From sequence record MT446388.1: a stretch of DNA of 64,000 bases, one strand, 5' to 3'. The notes under the pieces were generated by a model. It searched no databases and was not told the origin of the DNA. It was given only the letters and a program-made list of their open reading frames with translations. The DNA is from Escherichia virus TH10. Every line of letters begins with the position of its first letter. Position 1 is the stretch's first letter. The position numbers and the translations under genes are program-made. Shown piece by piece: positions 27,694 through 37,923 of the stretch.

Positions 27694-28794
27694 TTATTCG
27701 TAATCTCGAATAACTAACCCAACAGGGAACTGTAAAGAACCCTTACGAGTCATCTTCTGGAACTGAACAGTTAAAGGTTTCCCGATAAACTCTTCAGGAT
27801 GTTCAGCAAGATACTGTTTCTTCTCATGAGTAGTCTTCCATGAGACATCTACAAAGACGTTAGGAAGAGTCTCTACGACGAACTTACCATGACCACGTTT
27901 ATCAGTCTTTACACCAGTTACTTTAAACTCTTCAGTGTGCATCTTCTTGTGCTTAATCAAGAAGTATGAACGGTGACAACACTCATAGAAGGAGTCTTCA
28001 GAGATTGAACGGTACATTGCACCTTCAAACTTAGCTTCAACCCACTTATCATGAGCTTCATCAAACTCTTCCCAAGAGTTAACACGACGAGACTTAACAG
28101 GGACAACTTTACAGCCGTCTCTGAAGTCATTCAATGGTGAAGTCTCAATAATATCTCTACGCTCAGGCCACGTCTTAGTGCTGTCACAGATATCATACCA
28201 GTAGAACTGGAGTAGATGTCGGTCTGGATTGTCAGCATTCTTAATCATAGACACAATATCTTCTAAGTCCCAACCATGAGCATAAATCTCACCATCAAAG
28301 TCTTCTACTTGTGGATGCAATTTAAGCAACAAAAGCAAATCTGGGATTAGTTCTTCTGGGACGTTGTAAATAGTATTCTCACGAGAATAAGCCGTGAAGT
28401 TAACTAAATCAGCATCTCTTGAAATCCTACAACGGACACCATCAAGTTTCGGTTGAGCATCAGCAGGGAACTTCAGATACTTTGCGTGACTAACCTTTGC
28501 AGCATCATGAGCAAGCTGTACACCCACCTTTTCAGTATTCTGTGCAGACTCTTTTGTGTAAGCATAACCTTTACGGTCAACTTGCTTTTTATACTTAGCA
28601 GCAACTTCAAAGAGAGCTTGCTGTTCAGCGTTACGCTCATTCTTTTTACCGATGTTTTTAGGTTCTGCTGTATACTCTTCAAACATCATCTTGCCATTTT
28701 CTTTACCGTAGGTTGTGATAACTTTGTCGCCTACAGCAACACATGACCAGACGTTGAAGGAACCATCTTTATTTTGTTTGTACAGAATTGTCAT
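27694..28794 (-). CDS. ATP-dependent DNA ligase (start at ATG 28794 preceded by gagg RBS; ORF track extends to 28830)
   Basis: Nucleotidyltransferase motif I AQPKLDGVRCR (KxDGxR), motif III FDGEIYAHG, motif IV EGAMYRS, motif V LIKHK. Confidence 0.65.
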   Translation of the reverse strand: MTILYKQNKDGSFNVWSCVAVGDKVITTYGKENGKMMFEEYTAEPKNIGKKNERNAEQQALFEVAAKYKKQVDRKGYAYTKESAQNTEKVGVQLAHDAAKVSHAKYLKFPADAQPKLDGVRCRISRDADLVNFTAYSRENTIYNVPEELIPDLLLLLKLHPQVEDFDGEIYAHGWDLEDIVSMIKNADNPDRHLLQFYWYDICDSTKTWPERRDIIETSPLNDFRDGCKVVPVKSRRVNSWEEFDEAHDKWVEAKFEGAMYRSISEDSFYECCHRSYFLIKHKKMHTEEFKVTGVKTDKRGHGKFVVETLPNVFVDVSWKTTHEKKQYLAEHPEEFIGKPLTVQFQKMTRKGSLQFPVGLVIRDYE

Positions 28795-29122
28795 TTTTAA
28801 CCTCTGAGTGATACCAAGTATTGCAAGCATTACATGCGTAAAGCTCTAAGTCATTTTTATCTGGTTTATGAAAACAGTTTGCTCCACAGTGGCAACGAAA
28901 CGGCTTTCCACCAACTGTCAGGATGAAGGATTGAACCTTTCCATCAGGAGTTCGTACAGCATTTTTATTCTTGGCTTCTTTACTCATTTGTGCTATTACC
29001 TGTGTCAGATTTAATATAAGACCTATCACTACGTCTTTTAATGAAATGTACAAAGCATTTTGGTGTATTTTTTGCATCTTTAATATGCAACCTTTCGAAA
29101 CTGAGTACTGTGAAGATTGCAT
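28769..29122 (-). CDS. zinc-finger protein
   Basis: CHCGANC ... CNACN cysteine/histidine cluster in 117-aa ORF. Confidence 0.45.
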   Translation of the reverse strand: MQSSQYSVSKGCILKMQKIHQNALYISLKDVVIGLILNLTQVIAQMSKEAKNKNAVRTPDGKVQSFILTVGGKPFRCHCGANCFHKPDKNDLELYACNACNTWYHSEVKNDNSVQTK

Positions 29123-29143
29123 CTGTCATTGTTTGCTTAGATT

Positions 29144-29350
29144 TCATTTTCTCTTACCACCAATTTCCACGTCGATAACCTGAACACCACTAGCAACATC
29201 AAACTTGTGAGTAATACTCTCCACAGTGTAAGTCCAACCATCAATGCGAACCCATTCACCCTCTCGTGGTACTATTGGGTTTTGTTGGGCCACGGTTGCA
29301 GTGGAATAAACAACATCGTAGCAGTAGATATAGTGTACTAAAACTTGCAT
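29144..29350 (-). CDS. hypothetical small protein (start placed at internal ATG 29350 to avoid 92-bp overlap with lipoprotein gene)
   Basis: ORF 29144..29449 in track; internal Met lies 8 nt downstream of lipoprotein stop. Confidence 0.3.
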   Translation of the reverse strand: MQVLVHYIYCYDVVYSTATVAQQNPIVPREGEWVRIDGWTYTVESITHKFDVASGVQVIDVEIGGKRK

Positions 29351-29357
29351 ATTAGTC

Positions 29358-29618
29358 TCATCCATCAATAACAGTAGTGTGTGATTGACCATTTTTGCCA
29401 TATCTATAAGATGTTGTTGTTTGAGAGTTGGGGCATCTGACAACAACAATATCCCTGCTTATAGCATCACCATTGAGTTTGTAGATTTTGCAGTCTTGCA
29501 TCTCTGGAGGGAGGCTGTAAGAGGCATCTTTGTTTTCATAAGATGGGTTACAGCCAGCCAGAAAAATTACTCCAAGTGCAACCATTGCTTTCACACAACT
29601 CTTAACCTTATTGTTCAC
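29358..29618 (-). CDS. lipoprotein
   Basis: N-terminus MNNKVKSCVKAMVALGVIFLAGC has signal peptide ending in lipobox L-A-G-C. Confidence 0.55.
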   Translation of the reverse strand: MNNKVKSCVKAMVALGVIFLAGCNPSYENKDASYSLPPEMQDCKIYKLNGDAISRDIVVVRCPNSQTTTSYRYGKNGQSHTTVIDG

Positions 29619-29750
29619 GATAGTCTACCTCTCTGTATGTTTTTAAATAGTGAGTGATGAGTTCTGGTAATTCACTACGCTTAACGTTTGAACGAAGAAG
29701 TGTCCAGTCAAAACCTTTACCAACCCTTCCCCAGAGACTGTACATTTTCT

Positions 29751-29984
29751 TCATAGCAACTCCAGAATATCAATACGTTCACCTTTGAGTACTCCAGTAC
29801 GGTCTTTTGCAATCTTACCTTCAACAATAAGAATGTGTGCAGACCTTAAAGTGTCACTGTTAAAGGCTTTTACGAACTTGCTAGGCATCACTACAATACA
29901 CATCTCCTGAATCAACTCTGGAGTATAGCAGTTGTCGTGAAGTTGCTGAATAACGTCTGCAAGTGTCATTTTTGATGTCTCCAA
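29751..29984 (-). CDS. hypothetical early protein
   Basis: 77-aa ORF. Confidence 0.4.
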   Translation of the reverse strand: METSKMTLADVIQQLHDNCYTPELIQEMCIVVMPSKFVKAFNSDTLRSAHILIVEGKIAKDRTGVLKGERIDILELL

Positions 29985-30175
29985 TACTCAATGTCAATAA
30001 GTTCTTGTGCAATGCTTTTCAGATTACCTTTCAAGAAAACCTTCTCAGAACCTGAAAGAGATGAATTGTCAATTAACCTGCTCATTCTCTCAAACAACTT
30101 CTGCTTACGGTTCTTGATAGTCTCCTTTGAAGCACCTTTCATCATCGCTGCATGGGTTCTTCCACGGTGGCTCAT
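29966..30175 (-). CDS. hypothetical basic protein
   Basis: 69-aa Lys/Arg-rich ORF. Confidence 0.4.
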   Translation of the reverse strand: MSHRGRTHAAMMKGASKETIKNRKQKLFERMSRLIDNSSLSGSEKVFLKGNLKSIAQELIDIEYWRHQK

Positions 30176-30226
30176 AAGCCCTCCTATATAAGATATAGTA
30201 TAAGGTACTCTTCCATGAGCACCTTG

Positions 30227-30742
30227 TCAACTTAGTTTTGCAAACTCTCCGTGGAGTTTAATAGCAGCTTCACAGTAAGCTTTATGGGCTTCTTCTTCCG
30301 TTGTGTATGTTCCTATATGTATAGTCTTGCCGTTATGGTTAATCTGGGCTATCCACTTACCAGACTTGCTTCTACTTGTACCTTTTAAGTTTTTTGATGT
30401 TCTAGGTTGTCTCCTATTAGACATGTTCTGTTCTTTTGTGGCCTCTCTTAGATTGTCCCAAGCGTTATTCAAACCATCTCCATCTTTGTGGTCAATGTGT
30501 TTGTCAGGCCACTTACCTGTCATCCAGAACCAAGCAATTCGGTGATTACCTGTCCTGTATCCTAAAATCTGTGTGTGCATATACACACCAGACCTTGTGC
30601 GCTTAATTGCTCCGGCTTGGCTTCCAATAACCACCCTACTACTATGTGGAGGTCTGCCAATCCATGTTAAGACCCCTGTTTCGGGGTCATAATCTAACCA
30701 AGATTTTAACTGTTCATGTGTGAATCCACAATCTCTCATCAA
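30227..30742 (-). CDS. HNH homing endonuclease with AP2-like C-terminal DNA-binding domain
   Basis: HIDHKDGDGLNNAWDNLREATKEQN HNH motif; C-terminal GTYTTEEEAHKAYCEAAIKLHGEFA; paralog of 53064..53555. Confidence 0.7.
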   Translation of the reverse strand: MMRDCGFTHEQLKSWLDYDPETGVLTWIGRPPHSSRVVIGSQAGAIKRTRSGVYMHTQILGYRTGNHRIAWFWMTGKWPDKHIDHKDGDGLNNAWDNLREATKEQNMSNRRQPRTSKNLKGTSRSKSGKWIAQINHNGKTIHIGTYTTEEEAHKAYCEAAIKLHGEFAKLS

Positions 30743-33468
30743 TGTACCTCATACCAGCTCTTACCAACCTTACCAGTACCAGTTACCAGTGTTTCTTTCT
30801 TAAGACCTAAGTTCTTAGAAGCTTGTCCATAATACCAGTCAGTAACCGCTTTCACCTCTGCCGTCATACTTTCTGGACATTCCCAACTCGTCTCATCGTG
30901 ATATGCGCAGAGTAAACGAGCACCAATAGCTGGTTTGCGACCATTCAACTTCATCAAGCCTTCGTCAATCATACGACGACAAGCAAGGTTAATCGCCTCA
31001 TTTTGAATCTGAGCCTCTGAACCCATCAAAAGATAGTTCAATAATTTGTGTGGAGATTTACACCACAACCAAGCTCCAGCAACCTTTACAAAACCACCTT
31101 TAGAGATTGCAGCGGTCTTACCAAACACCTCTTCAAGTGCCTTTTTAGTTGCTTTGTAGTCAGCTTCCAAGTTATCTAATAGTTTCTTAATCTTTGGCAA
31201 ACGCACAAAGTAAGTCTGTTTAGTTAATGCACCTTCCTGAGTAGTAGCTGCCTTAATAGTTTTAGCAAACTTCTCATCACCTGCACCGAACAGTAGTGCA
31301 TAGATACCATTCTTAGCTTTCTTACGACCTTTGCTAATCTCATGAAGAAGATTCTCATCCTGAGTAGCTCGACAAGTCAAGATATCCTGCTCATCATTCA
31401 AGCTAAAGTAAATACTGTTCAGTGTATGTGCATCAGTCCCTGAATAGACAACGTACAGGTCATTCTCAGAGTCATAGCGAAGGTACTTATCAATCTCTGG
31501 GTTTAGGTACTCATCAAAATGTTTGCAGTAATAGCGTCCATCTTCTTGACGAATGAACTCAATCTCTTCTTTACCTTGCGTTACCGCTTTGGTGAAGTCT
31601 TTATCACCCATAAAGTTACAAAGAAGAACTAGCTGGGCTGAGTTCATATCTACAGATACTACGTTGGTTCCCTCTTCACAAATCCACACTGCCCTCATTG
31701 GTTCCCCATAGACAGCAGCACCAGACGGTACGTTTACAATACCATATTGTGTCATACGTCCAGTTGAAGTACCAAACACCATTGCACCAGCACTAAGGCG
31801 ACCATCAGGACGAATCTGGTTCAACCAACCTTTTTCATCATCCTTTGAGTTCTCAATAGTTCTGCGTCTGTGCATCAAAGTGTAGTATTTAGCAATCTTC
31901 TGTCCAAGCTCACCTTCAATCGTATCATAAGATGATTCAGTAAGTTTTGGTGAAGTACGGATTAAGCAAGGCTCAAGCAAATCTGTGTATTTCTTCACAG
32001 ACCAGTTATGCTCGATGTACTGTACACCTTCATGTTCAACATAACTCAAACCACACCGCTCAATCATTTCCTGCCACTTAGGATGCTTTGTAATCATCTT
32101 TTTATTGTCTTTGAAACGACAAACTTTGACAGGGCGACCATCTGAGTCTTTCTTGTAATTCCAGTCATCTGGAATCCAACCAACTGATTTCAAGTAGTCT
32201 TTAACAACTGCTACCTGAGTCATACGAGAAACTTCAAACTCAATTGGTGTATATGGTGCATCAATCAATCCTGTGTAGCGACTTGACTCAAGTTCAAAGT
32301 GGTTAACAACATGGCTGTTATAGTACTTCACAGTTTTAACAGTTTTTACTGGCTTCCAGTCTTTGCATTTCTTACCAATCTTTGCATTCAACTCGTTGCA
32401 AATTGCACGGGCATCCTTCATTGCTACAAAGCCTTCCTTGTACTCTTCACCAGTTACAGAGTTGGTTGGTGTATAGCAATTTCTCTTTTCAATGTTAAAA
32501 ATCTTTGTAGTTGGCTTACCAAATGGCTTGATTTCGTATGTCTGCATCTCACCGTTACGTACCTGCTGACGATACTTTGTTTTAGGGTACTTGGTAATTC
32601 TCTTCAGTCCATCTGCATGACCGAATGTTTCAACATACTCATTCCAAGCTTTTGCAAACTCTTCTCCAGTGACTTTACCTTTGGTCTTAATAGTTGGAGG
32701 TAGATGTGGTTCAACCTCTGAAGCAAGCTCATTAGTCAACTTGTCAAGTTCCTTTACATGGAACTCCATAAGCTCTTTATCAGCTTTCCAGCCATTGATA
32801 GCTTGTTGACTCATCCAGAAAGATGTTTCTTTAGCTCGCATGTAGGTTTCATAAGTGTCTATGCCACACTTCTTAAGCTTGAGATATTCATTATCAAGTG
32901 CCCGTTTAGTTTTGGCGTTAATACGGATATCTTCTACAACACGAGTGAAGATTTCTGCATTCCACACACCCCAATGTTCAATCTCTGGTTTACGAACACC
33001 AACACGAGCACCCCATGCAGCCAAACCATGAGCACCTTTATAACCCTTTGGAGTTGGTCTATCCATCCACTGAACACGAGACTGGATAAGAGAATCCTGA
33101 AAGAAATTACTCCACGGTTTACACTTTGGATTATCAAAGTTCCATAAATCAGGTGCAATGTGATTGAAAACCCACCAGTCATAACCGAGGCCGTTATGGA
33201 TGCAAAGTCGTTTTGCCTTTAACGCAAACTCAACACCTTCACGTAAACCACCCTTGATGTACTTAGTGTACTTGTGACCGAGGATAGGCTCATCTGTAAA
33301 GACCCATACAGGTGGCTCTTCATCGTCAGATTTATAGTCTGCGAAAGCCATTACGTGCACTTTAGTGAACTCAAGGAGTAAACCATCAGTTTCTGTATCA
33401 CCAACTAAATGTAAGTTTTTAAAATCTACGTTTTCCATTTTTACTCCCTCTAAAATCATTAACCTCAT
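30739..33468 (-). CDS. DNA polymerase, family A, with 3'-5' exonuclease domain
   Basis: N-terminal exo I motif GDTETDGL; C-terminal Pol A motif C YHDE; 909 aa. Confidence 0.85.
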   Translation of the reverse strand: MRLMILEGVKMENVDFKNLHLVGDTETDGLLLEFTKVHVMAFADYKSDDEEPPVWVFTDEPILGHKYTKYIKGGLREGVEFALKAKRLCIHNGLGYDWWVFNHIAPDLWNFDNPKCKPWSNFFQDSLIQSRVQWMDRPTPKGYKGAHGLAAWGARVGVRKPEIEHWGVWNAEIFTRVVEDIRINAKTKRALDNEYLKLKKCGIDTYETYMRAKETSFWMSQQAINGWKADKELMEFHVKELDKLTNELASEVEPHLPPTIKTKGKVTGEEFAKAWNEYVETFGHADGLKRITKYPKTKYRQQVRNGEMQTYEIKPFGKPTTKIFNIEKRNCYTPTNSVTGEEYKEGFVAMKDARAICNELNAKIGKKCKDWKPVKTVKTVKYYNSHVVNHFELESSRYTGLIDAPYTPIEFEVSRMTQVAVVKDYLKSVGWIPDDWNYKKDSDGRPVKVCRFKDNKKMITKHPKWQEMIERCGLSYVEHEGVQYIEHNWSVKKYTDLLEPCLIRTSPKLTESSYDTIEGELGQKIAKYYTLMHRRRTIENSKDDEKGWLNQIRPDGRLSAGAMVFGTSTGRMTQYGIVNVPSGAAVYGEPMRAVWICEEGTNVVSVDMNSAQLVLLCNFMGDKDFTKAVTQGKEEIEFIRQEDGRYYCKHFDEYLNPEIDKYLRYDSENDLYVVYSGTDAHTLNSIYFSLNDEQDILTCRATQDENLLHEISKGRKKAKNGIYALLFGAGDEKFAKTIKAATTQEGALTKQTYFVRLPKIKKLLDNLEADYKATKKALEEVFGKTAAISKGGFVKVAGAWLWCKSPHKLLNYLLMGSEAQIQNEAINLACRRMIDEGLMKLNGRKPAIGARLLCAYHDETSWECPESMTAEVKAVTDWYYGQASKNLGLKKETLVTGTGKVGKSWYEVH

Positions 33469-33498
33469 ACATTACTGCAAAAAATTATAAAAAGCAAG

Positions 33499-33527
33499 TT
33501 GACAATGCACTTGACAAGGTGTTAATC
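33499..33527 (+). promoter_or_regulatory. sigma70-like promoter in divergent region (tandem TTGACA boxes)
   Basis: ttgaca 33499-33504 and 33511-33516; -10 candidate ttaatc 33522-33527. Confidence 0.4.
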
Positions 33528-33634
33528 TTTGCGAAGTGGGTTTTTACTTAAAAGGTTACTTAACAGTTTAACTATACAGATACTTTAAAACTCTTAAAAG
33601 ATTATTTAATAGCTTTTAAAAAGCTTTAAAGTAT

Positions 33635-33651
33635 AACGTATAGAATACGTT
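33635..33651. promoter_or_regulatory. 17-bp perfect palindrome (operator-like)
   Basis: aacgtat-aga-atacgtt. Confidence 0.5.
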
Positions 33652-33695
33652 AAGATAAAAGATTAAAACTTAATAGCTACTTAAAAGAGGCTTAC

Positions 33696-34118
33696 ATGCA
33701 GAAAATGTTTGTTCACCCAGACATAGCTGACTTTGTTAGAGCTTTGCAGAAGTTGGAAGAACTTGACATTGCTGCTCAACGGGAATATGCTCACCATCAC
33801 AGGAGAATGGTTGATATACAACATGAAATAGAGTTGTCTGAAGACTATGAAGATGACTTAAAATGCTCTGTATTTGAGCATATGAAAGATGTTGCTACAG
33901 CGAGACGTAAAGCTAAAGACACAGTTGCTTTACTAGATTCTCTTAAAAAGAGGTTGCAAAGTGGTACAGACCTGTGTAATCTAGCATCACTGATTAACGA
34001 TGTTGAAACTTCTTGGGATAGGCACTATTATCCACGTTCTGAAAAGACACTTGACTTTTCTTCATCCGAAAACTTAAAATGTTCTAGAAAGAAACTTAAC
34101 CAACTGAGAGAGAAATAA
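33696..34118 (+). CDS. hypothetical protein
   Basis: 140-aa ORF, first gene of rightward operon. Confidence 0.45.
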   Translation: MQKMFVHPDIADFVRALQKLEELDIAAQREYAHHHRRMVDIQHEIELSEDYEDDLKCSVFEHMKDVATARRKAKDTVALLDSLKKRLQSGTDLCNLASLINDVETSWDRHYYPRSEKTLDFSSSENLKCSRKKLNQLREK

Positions 34119-34119
34119 T

Positions 34120-34932
34120 ATGAATATCGATGTAGAAAAGATGCTTGAAGAGAAAGGTGTTGATGAAGCATTCTTAATCAATGCTGTAGAAAGCATGGCT
34201 ATGATTCTTCGTGGAAACAACTATACAGAACAGTTTATGCCAAAAAGCTATAACTTGCCTGAAGATAAAACTGATAACGGTGCTTTTGCAGAGCAGGTTA
34301 ATATGATGCTGTGCGACAAAACACTTGCTTTAGCATCTATCGTTGTAGGTGTTGATGCTCTTGCAGAGTTCATTTTTTATGAAATGCAGAAAAATGACTA
34401 TGTTGCCATGACCTCTGAAGAGAAAGACCTGCTACTACTCGCAGGTAATGATGAACTAATTAACCTGTTAATTTCATCAACGAGTGCTGTAATGGCTGCT
34501 CTTGAGAAGCGCATGGAAGAGAAACTTTCACGATATGAAAAACTTGATTGGGGCGTAGAAGAATTAAACCCACGAATCAAAGAGATTATCCAGCAAACTA
34601 AAGAGTCTTTGGAAAAAGCTGTTGAAAATGACTCTGTAGCTGATATAGAACCACTTCAGGTGAAAGTTGCACTGATGATTCCAGCTATCTCTACGATGAT
34701 GAATATCGTTGCACTAATCCAACTTTCACAGATGATGGGTGTGAGTGTTGAGTTCATTGAGGAGATGACTGGTGGCGTTAGTATGCAAGCAATCAATGAT
34801 GTTCTTATGAGCATCGGTGCATCAATTATTGAAGAGAAACTACGCATCAACTTTGGTGATGAGTTTGTGAAGCAAGTTGCAGAGATGGCTGAAAAAGAAT
34901 CTTCTCAAGTGACTGCTAAACAATTGCACTAA
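34120..34932 (+). CDS. hypothetical acidic protein
   Basis: 270-aa ORF, Glu/Asp-rich with few basic residues. Confidence 0.45.
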   Translation: MNIDVEKMLEEKGVDEAFLINAVESMAMILRGNNYTEQFMPKSYNLPEDKTDNGAFAEQVNMMLCDKTLALASIVVGVDALAEFIFYEMQKNDYVAMTSEEKDLLLLAGNDELINLLISSTSAVMAALEKRMEEKLSRYEKLDWGVEELNPRIKEIIQQTKESLEKAVENDSVADIEPLQVKVALMIPAISTMMNIVALIQLSQMMGVSVEFIEEMTGGVSMQAINDVLMSIGASIIEEKLRINFGDEFVKQVAEMAEKESSQVTAKQLH

Positions 34933-34948
34933 TCATTTATAAACTTAC

Positions 34949-34975
34949 AAGCCTCCTTAGTTGGGGGCTTTTTAG
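34949..34975 (+). terminator. terminator-like hairpin
   Basis: aagcctcc-ttagtt-gggggctt followed by ttt. Confidence 0.45.
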
Positions 34976-34992
34976 TAATTGATGGAGATAAA

Positions 34993-35736
34993 ATGAGTAA
35001 TATCATTGCATTTACTGGAAAGGCACGTTCTGGAAAGGACACCTCTTGTTCTATTGTGAAGGCTATTTTGGAAGATGAGTATGGTTACAATGTTGCAGTA
35101 ATGGCCTTTGCAGATAACCTTAAGATATCTGCTTCCAAGATATTTGACCTTACTTGGAATGACCTTTATGGTGAAACTAAAGAGACTCCACAAGTATTTG
35201 ATTTATCATACCATGAACTTATGTTTAAAGTTGCGGAAGCTATGGAGTTCACCTTCAAAGATGAGAGATACCATCTTGACTTTAAGCTTATGTCAGAATT
35301 AACCGGACGATTAATTATGGAGCTTAAAAAGGTTGCTAAACCAACTTTATTAACACGTCTGGGGTTTAGTAAAAAATATAAATTCTCATCAAGGCAAATC
35401 CAACAGATTTGGGGTACTGAAGTTATCCGTAAAGTTATGGGTGATAAATTCTGGTCTAAAGACCTTGAAAAAAGGATGGTTAACTTCTTTGACGCTTGTG
35501 CAATAAGATATCAAGATGGTGTTGTTTTAATCAGTGATTTGAGGTTTGACTCTGAAGCTGAGTGGCTTGGAAGATTTCCACACCAAACTATTGAAGTAAA
35601 AAGAGACAATGTGGATAAGATTTCGTCACATGTTTCAGAAAATGGTATTTCCACCAAATATGAGCGTGACATTATTCATAATAATGGTACTCTTGCAGAC
35701 CTTGAGAACAAGCTAAGAGCTATTCTGAAAATTTAA
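34993..35736 (+). CDS. P-loop dNMP kinase-like protein
   Basis: N-terminus IIAFTGKARSGKDT closely resembles the T4 gene 1 dNMP kinase P-loop (GVKRSGKDT). Confidence 0.55.
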   Translation: MSNIIAFTGKARSGKDTSCSIVKAILEDEYGYNVAVMAFADNLKISASKIFDLTWNDLYGETKETPQVFDLSYHELMFKVAEAMEFTFKDERYHLDFKLMSELTGRLIMELKKVAKPTLLTRLGFSKKYKFSSRQIQQIWGTEVIRKVMGDKFWSKDLEKRMVNFFDACAIRYQDGVVLISDLRFDSEAEWLGRFPHQTIEVKRDNVDKISSHVSENGISTKYERDIIHNNGTLADLENKLRAILKI

Positions 35737-35744
35737 AAGAGAGA

Positions 35745-35945
35745 ATGAAGATGAGAGTAAAAGATAATTTTAAAGTTATTGACCATCGTTTAGTGGAACT
35801 CTCATCTCTTTCCAATGAAGTGATGTTTGAACGTCTTAAAAGAGTTGAATCACGAAGGAAAGAGATTGCAGATGAGATTTATGAACTGGACAAGATTGAG
35901 AATGGTTTAAAAGCAGAACTACAACGAAGAGGTGCTAATGTCTAA
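35745..35945 (+). CDS. hypothetical small coiled-coil protein
   Basis: 66-aa ORF, ATGTCTAA-type overlap with downstream gene. Confidence 0.4.
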   Translation: MKMRVKDNFKVIDHRLVELSSLSNEVMFERLKRVESRRKEIADEIYELDKIENGLKAELQRRGANV

Positions 35946-37923
35946 AGGTCGTAAATTAAAAGAGGCTGGTCAGTTTGTAGGTCATTGTGCATGTCCACGT
36001 TGTGGTTCGTCAGATGCTGGTTCAATCTATCACCATGACGATGGCTCTTACTCAATGACTTGCTTTAGTTGTAACAAAGGTTTCCCAGAATGGGATTTTG
36101 ATAAAGGACAAATCGTGAGCACTTATTCTACTGGTTCAGATAGCAAAAATCGTACATTCCGTGGGATGGATTTAGATGATGTAAAAGATAATCTTGAAGC
36201 TATGGACTTAAAAGACAGGAAGATTCCTGCAAAAGTCCTTGAGAGATTAGGTATCAAGGTTGATATTGATAGTGATGGTGAAATTGATGCACACTTCTAT
36301 CCAACTTACAAACGTAATGAAGATGGAAAGCTAGAGCATGTTGGTTACCGTGTTCGTCATCGTTACCCAGAAGACCACCCAAAAGAACACCTACGTGGTA
36401 AGTTAAAAGATTTTTCAGGTGGTGTTGGAGACATTAAAGGTGAACTGGCAATGTTTGGTTCATGGATTGCTCCAGAAGGTGGTAATCGCCTGTTCATCTG
36501 GGAAGGCGAGATGGAATGTGCTACAGCAATCTATATGACTTCTCTTGCGATTAAGGACAAATCTCGTCGTAAGAATTACTGTCATGTGTCCGTTCCATCA
36601 GGTGCAAACATCAAGTCTATCAAAGATAATTATCAGTACATTACATCATTTGATGAAATTTACTTGTGCTTTGATAACGATGAAGCAGGTGCTAAAGCTA
36701 CTAAGGAGGCTGCTGGTATCCTACCTATTGAGAAGGTTCGTTTATTCCAGTATCCAGAGGGTGTAAAAGACCTTAATGAATGGTGGACAAAGTTCTATAA
36801 AGAGAAAGATACAGTTCTGGAAGGATTTAAGCAGCGTATCTACAACGCACCTCGTTACTGCCCTGCTGGTATCAAGAACTTTGCAGACGGTTTTGAGGCA
36901 ATGAAGAATCGTGGTCAGATTCCATTGATTCCTTTCCCAGAATCTTTCGGGGATTTGAACAGACTGACTTATGGTGGCTACGGTTTAGGTGAGATTACAA
37001 CTATTGCAGCACCATCTTCAGTAGGTAAGTCAGCTTACACTCGTGAGATGATTTACTCAGCTTGGAAAGAAACTGATTATAATATCGGTGTAATTCCTGT
37101 AGAAGATACCTATGAAGAGTTGATGGAGATGCTCTGTGCAATCCACCTGAGCAAGCAGATTTCTGAGATTCCTTATGATGAACGGGATTGGGATGAATTA
37201 AAAGGAGCACACGCAGAACTATCTAAAGGCCGTCGTATCCATATCGTTGACCATCAAGGGGCAATTGACCAAGATAACCTGCTAGAGTTTGTTGACTATC
37301 TTGTTAACAGTTTAGACTGTAAGATTATCATTCTTGACCCTATCACGTTAGCCCTGTCACGTTCTGATACGGATGAAGAGGAAGTTTTGTCTGAGCTATT
37401 GCGTCGTTGCAAACGCTACCAGTATGCACAGGTAAACGTCTGTCACGTTCGTAAGAGTGCAGGTGGTCAGAAAGCTAACTCTGAAGGTGGAGATATCTCT
37501 GAAGAGGATATTAAAGGCTCTGGTGCGTATTTCCAGATTTCTATGAACAACATTCTGTTAATGCGTAACAAGGTTGACCCAGACCCTGTTAAGAAAAACT
37601 TGACAAAAATCAAGTTAACTAAATGTCGTCGTCATGGTAAGTCAACGGGTATTGCTGGTCATACTTGGTACAATCCAGATACAGGACGTCTCATTAAAGC
37701 ATCTGGTTGTGGAGTTGACATTGATGGTGCAGCAGAAAATATCCGTCAACAGTTTGGTATTGGTGAGGCTGAAGACCATTACGATGACTCTTTGCCACAT
37801 TATGAGGATGAAGTGTTTGACCGTGAGACTGGTGAAGTCTATACTGATGAGCAGCGTCAAAGTTCAACAATTCCACCAGTCGTAAGTGAGGATGCAGATG
37901 ACTGCCCGTTCGAAACTGAGTGA
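35932..37923 (+). CDS. bifunctional DNA primase/helicase (T7 gp4-like)
   Basis: N-terminal Cys4 zinc ribbon CPRCGS...CFSCNKG; TOPRIM-like WEGEMECA and CFDNDEAG; Walker A APSSVGKSAYT and Walker B IIILDPIT. Confidence 0.8.
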   Translation: MLMSKGRKLKEAGQFVGHCACPRCGSSDAGSIYHHDDGSYSMTCFSCNKGFPEWDFDKGQIVSTYSTGSDSKNRTFRGMDLDDVKDNLEAMDLKDRKIPAKVLERLGIKVDIDSDGEIDAHFYPTYKRNEDGKLEHVGYRVRHRYPEDHPKEHLRGKLKDFSGGVGDIKGELAMFGSWIAPEGGNRLFIWEGEMECATAIYMTSLAIKDKSRRKNYCHVSVPSGANIKSIKDNYQYITSFDEIYLCFDNDEAGAKATKEAAGILPIEKVRLFQYPEGVKDLNEWWTKFYKEKDTVLEGFKQRIYNAPRYCPAGIKNFADGFEAMKNRGQIPLIPFPESFGDLNRLTYGGYGLGEITTIAAPSSVGKSAYTREMIYSAWKETDYNIGVIPVEDTYEELMEMLCAIHLSKQISEIPYDERDWDELKGAHAELSKGRRIHIVDHQGAIDQDNLLEFVDYLVNSLDCKIIILDPITLALSRSDTDEEEVLSELLRRCKRYQYAQVNVCHVRKSAGGQKANSEGGDISEEDIKGSGAYFQISMNNILLMRNKVDPDPVKKNLTKIKLTKCRRHGKSTGIAGHTWYNPDTGRLIKASGCGVDIDGAAENIRQQFGIGEAEDHYDDSLPHYEDEVFDRETGEVYTDEQRQSSTIPPVVSEDADDCPFETE

